DNA of 61,232 nt, from NCBI GenBank assembly GCA_029941315.1, contig JAPYQE010000007.1, positions 1-61,232 of the forward strand, in the 5' to 3' direction. The stretch is from Candidatus Latescibacterota bacterium (GTDB lineage Bacteria; Latescibacterota; UBA2968; UBA8231). The position numbers and the translations under genes are program-made. Below are positions 17,020 through 25,115 of this stretch, in pieces. The notes beneath the pieces are model-generated. The model was given only the letters and a program-made list of their open reading frames with translations, was not told the origin of the DNA and did no database searches. The number at the start of each line of letters is the position of its first letter. Positions within the stretch are counted from its first letter, which is position 1.

Positions 17020-18894
17020 TCAGTGCACCACATTGACCACGCCTGTGCGGCATTCGGTCTCATTGTCGGCGGCGACCTGCACCTGATAGAGATATAGCCC
17101 CGGCCCGACCAAAGCGCCATAGTCGTCGCGCCCATCCCAGACTCGGGCAAAGCGCCCGCTCCGATCCTCACCGGCATATCCGCGGCGCACCAAGCGCCCG
17201 CCAAGGTCGTAGATCTCAAAGAACACAGGGGCCGGCTGCGTCAGTTTGAGCAGGCTATAGGCGACCTCGAACACGTCGTTTACTCCGTCGCCATTGGGCG
17301 TAAGCACCTGCCTCGCCGGCACCACATCGTTAAGTAAAGGCGCGTTCGGCGCAGAAAGGCGCACTGTCAGCCCCGAACTCGGCAGCTGCAGGTCCACATC
17401 CGCTTCCTGCGCATATTGGAATACCGTATCGGACTCGGCAGCTTCCGCCGTCGAACGCCGCTCCGCCGTGCGCACTTCAAAACGAGTGCCATCGACAAAG
17501 ACCTTAGCGCGAAAAAATACCTGCAAAAAGCTACCATCGGCAATCACCCGCTTCCACAAATTCACCTCGAAACCGCGCCCAGATTCCACCCGCACGGTAT
17601 GCAACACCAGTTCGTCGTCAACTTTGACGCTGTCGACACCGGCGACCTCGGCCAAGGTCAGCACTTCGACGAAGCGGTAACCAGTGTCCGAACGACCTTC
17701 GAGGCGGCGGGTCTGCATGCTCATCGCAAATTCTGTCTCGGCGCCCGCGTCAACGACATTCGGACTGATCTCGGCGCGCATCTGCCCCGAAGACGGTGGC
17801 GAGAAATATTCAAAAACCAGCTGTTCGAGCTTGACGCCGGGTTGCAGAAAACGCACCTGGAACTGCAAATAGCTGTTCGGGCTCGGCGAGCGCACCACGT
17901 TGCCGTCAACCGTCTCCCAACCACTCCAGTTGGGATTCGATTTGACCGGCCCCTGTGCGATGCCCGGAAAATCGTCGGCGTATTCCCATACCGCCCGGTT
18001 GACCTGTAACTCCTGCGGTCCTTGCGTGATAAAATAAATCAACGGATCCTCGTCAGGGCCGGTACGAGTCTGCAGCACGATCGGTAACTCTTCGATCGGC
18101 AAACCGCCCTCGTGGCGGACCCGCCCCCATACCGGCGTGCCGGTCCCAGCCAAAAGCGGCACAGAGCGATAGAAACCAGGCGGCGCGGTACCGTCGGTAT
18201 AGAGTTCCAGTTCCGCCAATTCCCAAGGCGCGTCGCCTATGGGTTGGAAACGCACGTAGCGAGCCTGGCGTTCACCGCTCACCTGCAGCACCCCCGGCCA
18301 TTCGACCACCGCACGAATATTGGGTCGGGTGATACCGAAAAATAGATAGCGCCGAAAGGAAACGTCGTTGGTGGTCAACAACCGCATCAGCGTCACCACC
18401 GGGCGCAGGCGGTCGCCCAAACCCAAATCGAAAGTCTGCGGAAAAGAGCCCACGTGTTCGGCGTCGAGCCGCGGCGAGAGTCGTGTGCGTTCGATACTAT
18501 AGGCCCCGCCGAGATCGATATAGATCGACGTCTGACGATCTAGCCCAAAGTCATCCGGATTAAAGGCCGTCGACAGGTCGCCGTCGCCGATAAACTTCAC
18601 CGCGGTGACTTCGTCGAGGAACACCGGCGTAAGTATCGCCTCGCCGAAGGGGTTGAAGCTTGGCTGTTGAGCCGAAAGCAGAATACTTCCGCCGCGCCCC
18701 GTGACATTCGCCATCAAGTTCTCCCTCGGCTCCACCCGCCAGGTCCAGACCGAGTCAGGCGACGAAATAACAAAGGCCAGCGAGTCCTGCACATCGATCC
18801 AGGAGAGCGCGTCGCGGCCCACCTTGAGTTCCAGTTGCGCCGCGGCCGGTGCGGTGCATAGCGCAAAAGCCAATAGGCAGAGGTGAATCCGCAT
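17020..18894 (-). CDS. A3: secreted protein with a discoidin-like motif and a C-terminal TPNGDGVND (T9SS type-B / FlgD-Ig-like) domain; function unknown
   Basis: Signal peptide MRIHLCLLAFALCTAPAAAQ. GDGDLSTAFNP..SIYIDLGGAYSIERTRLSPR. C-terminus LTPNGDGVNDVFEV..IYDLGGRLV..WDGRDDYGALVGPGLYLY. Paralog of A1 and A2. Confidence 0.85.
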   Translation of the reverse strand: MRIHLCLLAFALCTAPAAAQLELKVGRDALSWIDVQDSLAFVISSPDSVWTWRVEPRENLMANVTGRGGSILLSAQQPSFNPFGEAILTPVFLDEVTAVKFIGDGDLSTAFNPDDFGLDRQTSIYIDLGGAYSIERTRLSPRLDAEHVGSFPQTFDLGLGDRLRPVVTLMRLLTTNDVSFRRYLFFGITRPNIRAVVEWPGVLQVSGERQARYVRFQPIGDAPWELAELELYTDGTAPPGFYRSVPLLAGTGTPVWGRVRHEGGLPIEELPIVLQTRTGPDEDPLIYFITQGPQELQVNRAVWEYADDFPGIAQGPVKSNPNWSGWETVDGNVVRSPSPNSYLQFQVRFLQPGVKLEQLVFEYFSPPSSGQMRAEISPNVVDAGAETEFAMSMQTRRLEGRSDTGYRFVEVLTLAEVAGVDSVKVDDELVLHTVRVESGRGFEVNLWKRVIADGSFLQVFFRAKVFVDGTRFEVRTAERRSTAEAAESDTVFQYAQEADVDLQLPSSGLTVRLSAPNAPLLNDVVPARQVLTPNGDGVNDVFEVAYSLLKLTQPAPVFFEIYDLGGRLVRRGYAGEDRSGRFARVWDGRDDYGALVGPGLYLYQVQVAADNETECRTGVVNVVH

Positions 18895-20438
18895 CAGAAG
18901 GTGACCCTCGGAATGTTGCCCTTCGCTATTTCTTCGATCAACGCGAGACTATCCTCGCTGAGCGGGTTATTGCGCAGATCGACCGAGAGCAGCTTTTCTA
19001 GCGTCATAAGCACCGAAATATCCGCCACTTCGTTGCCGCGCAAACGCAGACGCCGCAACTCGGGCAGAGCCGCTAAGGGCAAGAGGTCTACCACGAAATT
19101 ATTCTCGAAAAACAAGGACCCCAGCAAAGCCTTACCGGCGAGTGGGCCGATATCGACAACCAGGTTCGCATTGAAGTCCAGGTTTTCTAGATTGCGTAGA
19201 CCCTGCAAGGGCGCGATATCCACGACCGAGTTTTGCGCGAACTCCAACCATTCCAACGCGCGCAAGCTCGACAGGGGCGAGAGATCGACGACCCGATTAA
19301 ATGAGAGGTGCAACATCGTGAGTCGGCGCAAACTGCGCAGTGGCGAAAGGTCATCGATCCAGTTGCTTTCCAGATAGAGTTTCTCCAGCCGACCTAGGCC
19401 TCGCAACGGCGAGATATCCTGGATCACATTGGATTCGAGGCGCAATTCGATCAGGTTCGTCAGACCGGCCAGCGACGAGACATCCACTATATCGTTGTTG
19501 TTAAGATTGAGTTTCTGTAGACTCGTCAGGCTCGCCAAGGAGGTGATATTTTCAAGACTTGCCGTCGTCAGGTCCAATGTATGCAGCTTCTGCAGACTCG
19601 CTAGCGGCAAGAGGCTTTGCAACTCGCCTTCGCGGGTCGAGCCGTTGAAGCGCAGCACTTCCAGATTAACCAACTGCTCGATGCCGTCCAGCGATTTTAC
19701 GGAGCTGTTCAGGCTCATGCTGGTGATCCCGCGCAGGTCCAAGACCGTCAAATTTTCGGTCCGCTTACGCGCCACCGAGCGCACTGAGCGTTCCAACTGC
19801 GCGTCCTGAAAAGTGATTGTCGGCTGGAAGAAGGTCACCAGCAATACCCGCTCGCGCAGCGTCTCCACCTGGTCCAAATCGAGCGGGTTGCCCGAAAGCT
19901 CGACGCTTTGCAAGCGCCTGAGTCGCAATAGCACCGCGATATCGCGAACTTGGTTATCGTCAAGGTTGAGCAGACTCAACAGCGTCAACCGCGCCAGTGG
20001 CTGCAAATCCGCGACCTGATTGCCGTCGAGGTTGAGCGAGTTCAACAACAATAAGTCCGCCAGCGGCGCGATATCCTCGACCGCGTTATTCGACAGATCG
20101 AGCACCTGCAGCCGCCGCAAACCCTCAAGCGGCGCGATATCCCCCACCGCGTTATCCCCCAATAACAGCATTTCCAAGCCGCGCAGTTGTTCGACCCCCT
20201 GCACATCCACAATATCATAACCGCCCGCGTCAAGCTTCTGTAACCCGGCCAACGCCGCCGCCGTCAATGCCCCCTCAGGCTGCGCCAACGCCTGCCGAAC
20301 TGCCCGCTCAAAACCCGCATCGGCAAAAGTATCGTGGGCAAAGACCACTTCGTTATCTGTGCCGACCGACTGTAGCGGCGGGCGTTCGTCGCCGCAGCCC
20401 AAACACCACAGCAATAGCAAGCACAGCAAATATTTCAT
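18894..20438 (-). CDS. leucine-rich-repeat (internalin-like 22-residue LRR) lipoprotein
   Basis: Lipobox LLLWCLGCG. Two blocks of LxxLxxLxLxxNxIxDIxPL repeats (for example LQVLDLSNNAVEDIAPLADL and LEKLYLESNWIDDLSPLRSL). Stop/start overlaps on both sides. Confidence 0.88.
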   Translation of the reverse strand: MKYLLCLLLLWCLGCGDERPPLQSVGTDNEVVFAHDTFADAGFERAVRQALAQPEGALTAAALAGLQKLDAGGYDIVDVQGVEQLRGLEMLLLGDNAVGDIAPLEGLRRLQVLDLSNNAVEDIAPLADLLLLNSLNLDGNQVADLQPLARLTLLSLLNLDDNQVRDIAVLLRLRRLQSVELSGNPLDLDQVETLRERVLLVTFFQPTITFQDAQLERSVRSVARKRTENLTVLDLRGITSMSLNSSVKSLDGIEQLVNLEVLRFNGSTREGELQSLLPLASLQKLHTLDLTTASLENITSLASLTSLQKLNLNNNDIVDVSSLAGLTNLIELRLESNVIQDISPLRGLGRLEKLYLESNWIDDLSPLRSLRRLTMLHLSFNRVVDLSPLSSLRALEWLEFAQNSVVDIAPLQGLRNLENLDFNANLVVDIGPLAGKALLGSLFFENNFVVDLLPLAALPELRRLRLRGNEVADISVLMTLEKLLSVDLRNNPLSEDSLALIEEIAKGNIPRVTF

Positions 20439-23161
20439 TGCTCGACCCCTGCGTAGACCGTGAGGAACCCCCGCGTCCGAGTGCGCGTTCCTTCGACTTC
20501 CTGATACCGCCGCGTAATGTCAAAGCCCAATACCGTCGTTAGTTTATAACCCTGGTAATCGGATATATTGGTCAGCTGGGCGACCGTCGTCGTCTCCCAA
20601 AAGCTGTCCTCCCCACCCGGCGGCGGCGGGTCGCGCAATTGGCGAAAATCGTGGTATTCGACCCCGGCTTCGAGATAACTACTGAGCATCACGGGAAAGC
20701 GCGCAACAACCAACAGAATCTGGCTAAGTTCTTTGCGTTCGGGCTGATTGAGTAATACCGGCGCCTCGCGGCGGAACTCGCTCTTCCACGCCGGGCTCAA
20801 ACTCAGCTTGCCCAACTGCAAGCGATACTCGGCCTTGTTAATCATGCCGAGAAAAGACCCCTCCTCGCGCTGGCCACGCAATTGTAATTCAATAAGATCG
20901 TCGCGCTGGTGGTAGAGCTGCCACTTGAGCATGTTGTTGAACTTGAACCCGGGCCAGCGGTCGAAGTCGAAACCCAGCCATGTCGTATTGAGCAACGTGT
21001 TCTGCGCCGGCAAGATATCTGGGGTCGGCACCAATTCGCCCTGCGAGTTGGGCCGTTGCGTCCACTGCACCAGATGGTCGAAGATATCGTCCTCAACGCT
21101 GCGCAGATCCTGGAAGACACGCGCCCGGCCCCAACCGGTAAAATAATGATCCCCCGCCACCATTAGATAATCGGCGTGCGCGCTGCGGCTGTCCGCACGC
21201 TGATCCATCCTCTGACGACCCGCCGCGACCCGCAGATCGGGGTGCAAAAAGACGCCGGCGTAAAGATTGTATCCCTTGCGATCGCGCTTGTAAGGATAGT
21301 CGGCCTCTTCGTCGTTTTCGAAACGGTCGATCCATCCATTGTGGTTCTGGTCGATGCCATAGAGGAACTCGGGCCGGTCGGTGTAATAGCGCAGAAAGGG
21401 CTCTTCGTAATCGGGCACTCGGTTGGGGCTTGAGTTGGTATCGTTTTGGTTGAAGTCGGAGATCAGGTCGTTGTTCTCGTCCCAGCCGGGGAAAATCGCG
21501 CGGTCCCTTGGCGAGCCTTGCCGAGCCCAGTCGGGGAAGCGGTCCTGGTCGTCGTTGTCGTCGACGAACTCGTAAAAACGCAACGGGCTGCCGTAGTCGA
21601 CAATGCCGTTGCGGTCGACTACTTGGAAACCAGTCTGGTAGTTGGGATCAAAATCAAAAGCTTCCAGCAGCGTGAAATAGGGGTAGTCGGTCTTCGACAC
21701 GTTCAGCATCCAGGCCTGCGACTCCTCGCTGGCCACATGGTGCTTTTCCAGGTTGGGGTTGGGATACTGTTTGTATTGCTGGTTAATGTCGACTTCGAGA
21801 TAGGCGTTAAACCCTTCAAGATCGCTCACCTCCACCGTGAAACCAGCGATCTGGTTGGCGGTGGGCAAACCATAATCGAGCGCCAATACGCGCTGATTCG
21901 ACGAATCCTTGACATTGCCCGGCGCCCTGGCCACCGGCACCGGCACGACCCGTTCCTGAAAATCGGTCTGCCGATCCGAGGCCATCTCAACTAGGTAGTC
22001 GTTGGCCACTACCAACTCAACTTGCACCCGCTCTATTTCGCTGGGGTCCGGCCCCGTATAGGAACGGTCCTGGAAATCATAGCGCAGATGGATCTCCTCG
22101 CGACCGTCCGCTGCCAAAAAACCGCGGCGCTGAAAACCGCCTTCAACCAGCGGCCGAAAACCGATCTCCGAGCCGCGTATACGCTTGCCTTCTAGGTCCC
22201 AGATTACAATATCCTGCGCGAAGAGTGCACCGCCGGCCTCGCCGTCTTCAGGGCTATCGTCCTTGATCACGACTTCGACGAAGCTGACATTGGTCAGATT
22301 CTGTATGCCGGTGAGATTGCCCTTGAGGATATTGCCATTAAAGAGCTCGGTTTGCGTTTGCGCGTGGTGGGCGTTGAGATAGGTGCCGCCGACCTTGACG
22401 AAGTCGCCAACCTGCACTTCTAAACGACTACCCACCAAACTCGTATTATTCGTCTTCTCCGAAGTTCCTGTCGAAGAGCCCGTCTCATCGACAAGGCCGT
22501 TGAGCCTGGACAACAATACCGTCAGCGCGTATTTATCGGCGAGAAAATCCCACTGGATGCCGTTGAAACGCGGCTTGGAAAAAGTCATCGGCGTCAGCGT
22601 CGTACGGATCTGACTGCCGATGGTGATCGCGTAATGATACTGGCCTTTGTGGTCGGAAGTGATGACCAATTGGTTAAACCACCCGGCAAAGCGCCCGTTC
22701 TGGGCCAGCGTCGAACCGAAGGGCTGCGGATTCTGTTGCCGCCAGTCGAAGATCAGCCAGCCGCGCGTCAGGTAGTTGCCGTATACATCATATATATAGC
22801 TGCCTTCGAGCGAGGTCGAGACATAGCGCTGGTAGAAGTTGCGCGCATAATTAGAGTACTCCCATTGTTTCCACTGGTATTCGGAGTAGAGCTCCTGCGG
22901 GATATACCACTTGCGCACCGCCGGGTCCAACGCGTCGAAGAGCACGCCGGGGCCACGCGGCTCAAAAGATACCTTGCCACCGCGTTTGACGGTACCTAAC
23001 CGGGAGCCATAGTCCTGAGCAGCGAGGAGTCCGGGTTGCAGGAGCAGATATAGGTTTAGCAGTAATAGGGTCGTGAGGAATGAAATATTCCGGATTATCC
23101 AGCCTCTGCTCTGCTCAAGGCCATGTTGTTTTATTTCGCTCAAAGCATACCTAAATCTCAA
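20435..23161 (-). CDS. B2: 908-aa secreted protein of unrecognised family (outer-membrane beta-barrel-like by inference)
   Basis: Hydrophobic signal segment ISFLTTLLLLNLYLLLQPGLLAAQ. Clear paralog of B1 (for example PDYEEPFLRYYTDRPEFLYGIDQNHNGWIDRFENDEEADYPYKRD). Beta-strand-like alternating pattern in the C-terminal third. Confidence 0.85.
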   Translation of the reverse strand: MRFRYALSEIKQHGLEQSRGWIIRNISFLTTLLLLNLYLLLQPGLLAAQDYGSRLGTVKRGGKVSFEPRGPGVLFDALDPAVRKWYIPQELYSEYQWKQWEYSNYARNFYQRYVSTSLEGSYIYDVYGNYLTRGWLIFDWRQQNPQPFGSTLAQNGRFAGWFNQLVITSDHKGQYHYAITIGSQIRTTLTPMTFSKPRFNGIQWDFLADKYALTVLLSRLNGLVDETGSSTGTSEKTNNTSLVGSRLEVQVGDFVKVGGTYLNAHHAQTQTELFNGNILKGNLTGIQNLTNVSFVEVVIKDDSPEDGEAGGALFAQDIVIWDLEGKRIRGSEIGFRPLVEGGFQRRGFLAADGREEIHLRYDFQDRSYTGPDPSEIERVQVELVVANDYLVEMASDRQTDFQERVVPVPVARAPGNVKDSSNQRVLALDYGLPTANQIAGFTVEVSDLEGFNAYLEVDINQQYKQYPNPNLEKHHVASEESQAWMLNVSKTDYPYFTLLEAFDFDPNYQTGFQVVDRNGIVDYGSPLRFYEFVDDNDDQDRFPDWARQGSPRDRAIFPGWDENNDLISDFNQNDTNSSPNRVPDYEEPFLRYYTDRPEFLYGIDQNHNGWIDRFENDEEADYPYKRDRKGYNLYAGVFLHPDLRVAAGRQRMDQRADSRSAHADYLMVAGDHYFTGWGRARVFQDLRSVEDDIFDHLVQWTQRPNSQGELVPTPDILPAQNTLLNTTWLGFDFDRWPGFKFNNMLKWQLYHQRDDLIELQLRGQREEGSFLGMINKAEYRLQLGKLSLSPAWKSEFRREAPVLLNQPERKELSQILLVVARFPVMLSSYLEAGVEYHDFRQLRDPPPPGGEDSFWETTTVAQLTNISDYQGYKLTTVLGFDITRRYQEVEGTRTRTRGFLTVYAGVEQ

Positions 23162-23219
23162 ATCACCTATTTAATAAGTCACAAAAAAATTACAAACCAT
23201 TCTTCACCAGCTCTACCAG

Positions 23220-25115
23220 CTAGTACGCCACCGCCACCGTACCCGTATGCACCTCCTCAAACGCGTTCGCCTGCACCCGCAACACCCAAAAATAACTCCC
23301 CGGCAACACCATCTCGCCGCCCTCCAGCCGCCCATTCCACAACACCTCGACCGGCCCGATCCCCCGCTCCTCAGCCAATACCACGTGTACCAACCGGCCC
23401 GCCAGGTCGAAAAGCTCTAAACGCACCGGCGCCGACCGCGTCAGCTGTAATACGTTGAAGAACAGATCGAATGCGTCATTCACCCCATCGCCATTCGGCG
23501 TAAACACCGACGACTTGACCACAATCTCGCCGACCAGCTTGCCGATCTGCGGCTTGGGTATAGCTACCGATAAGTTCGACAACTCGGCAAAATCTCCGGG
23601 ACCGAAGTCGGTCGCCTCACCCGGTTCTAAACGCTGCGGTACCGCACCCGAACCACTGTGATAGGCCCGTCCCGAAAATGTCGTGCCGAAGCGGAAAATC
23701 GGCAGATCAAAAGTCAATTCAAGCACCGCCTCGTCGTGCCGGACTAGGGGGAAACTGATACCGAAGCCGTCGTCATGAATAAAGTCGACCGAGAAATCGA
23801 TCGGCTCCGCGTCGAGCACCACTTCCCGCACAGCCGAGATCGGCACGTTGGTGTCGATCTCAAGACGGTCGAAACCTCGAATCTCGCCCTCAGATCGCAG
23901 ACGCACCGCGTAGCGGAAAGTCGCCGCATCCTCTGCCTTGGCCAGCCGCGGAAAAACCTCGGCGCGCAGCGAATCGGCGATCGGCGGCTGCAAATAATCG
24001 AAGCGCAACTCGTCTACTTGCCGCGCCTCGAAGAGCCCACCTTCAAATTCGAAGCGAAACTGTATATAGCGGCGTGGCGTCGGCGCCCGTACCAACTCGT
24101 CCGAGTGCACTACGAACCACGGGCTCCAATAAATCGTATCATCGCGTACGCCGCCACGCTCGCCCGGCAACAGCGCATCGGTATAGCGCTCGCGCGAGAC
24201 TTCCACAATCTCGAAAAGCCCCTCACCGAGCGAAATCTTCTCCAAATAAACCAGCGGCGTCGGATCACTTCCGGTCCTGACCCTGACTTCCAATTGCGAA
24301 AAGTCCGGATGGCCGACGAGATCCTCGACCCAGTCGACAAAACCGATTGTGGCCCGGTCGCCGAGATCAATGGTATTAGATAAATACAGGCTCTCTTGCA
24401 GAAAACCAGTACCGTATACCTCGATCTCGTCGATCTCGAAGGGCACGTCGGCCAGCGACTTGATCTTGACGAAGCGCGCGTACTGGACCGGCACCTCCAC
24501 ATCGACCACCGGCTCCTCATTTTGTACATTGCGCTGGATCAATACATCGGGCTGACCGGATGCGAATTCGTTCAGCCACAGCTCGTAACCGCGCAAAAAA
24601 TCGTTATGAAAAGGGGTCGAGGGCATTTCTACTACCGTATTGCGCGGATAGAATAGCACTCTTTGCACACCTACTGGTACCATGAAATCGAGAATGACCC
24701 AAATACCGCGCGTCGCGACCCGCGGCTCGAAAACCGTCGGCTTGCGCTCGAAGGCCACCTCGTGGTCGCCGTTGACCGTGCCCTCGAGTTGCAATTCGTG
24801 GCCGCGCCCAGCATTCGGCGCCTTGATCGAACCAAAATCGAGGACCCGCGCAGCGATATTCTCACCTTCGTCAAAACGCAGCGGCCCGATCCACCCCGGC
24901 CGACCAGCAAAGTCAATGGTTACCCCCGGCGTATTCGTCAGCTCGACCTGGCCCAATGTCGAGTTGAGCACGATCTCCGGTTTGCCGCCGTCACCGCCGG
25001 CTTGCCAGGAAGAGGTGCCCCGGTCGCCGAGCACATAGGTCTCGGCCGGTTGCGCATACAACCCCGTCGCCCACAGCAATATCGCGGCCCACAGCCTATA
25101 TCTCATTGGCCTCAT
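23220..25115 (-). CDS. A2: secreted protein with a discoidin-like motif and a C-terminal TPNGDGVND domain; function unknown
   Basis: Start moved to ATG at 25115 (ATGA overlap with the B1 stop). Signal peptide MRPMRYRLWAAILLWATGLYAQ. VNGDHEVAFE..IWVILDFMVPVGVQRVLFYPR. C-terminus FTPNGDGVNDAFDL..LFDLAGRLV..WNGRLEGGEMVLPGSYFW. Confidence 0.85.
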   Translation of the reverse strand: MRPMRYRLWAAILLWATGLYAQPAETYVLGDRGTSSWQAGGDGGKPEIVLNSTLGQVELTNTPGVTIDFAGRPGWIGPLRFDEGENIAARVLDFGSIKAPNAGRGHELQLEGTVNGDHEVAFERKPTVFEPRVATRGIWVILDFMVPVGVQRVLFYPRNTVVEMPSTPFHNDFLRGYELWLNEFASGQPDVLIQRNVQNEEPVVDVEVPVQYARFVKIKSLADVPFEIDEIEVYGTGFLQESLYLSNTIDLGDRATIGFVDWVEDLVGHPDFSQLEVRVRTGSDPTPLVYLEKISLGEGLFEIVEVSRERYTDALLPGERGGVRDDTIYWSPWFVVHSDELVRAPTPRRYIQFRFEFEGGLFEARQVDELRFDYLQPPIADSLRAEVFPRLAKAEDAATFRYAVRLRSEGEIRGFDRLEIDTNVPISAVREVVLDAEPIDFSVDFIHDDGFGISFPLVRHDEAVLELTFDLPIFRFGTTFSGRAYHSGSGAVPQRLEPGEATDFGPGDFAELSNLSVAIPKPQIGKLVGEIVVKSSVFTPNGDGVNDAFDLFFNVLQLTRSAPVRLELFDLAGRLVHVVLAEERGIGPVEVLWNGRLEGGEMVLPGSYFWVLRVQANAFEEVHTGTVAVAY

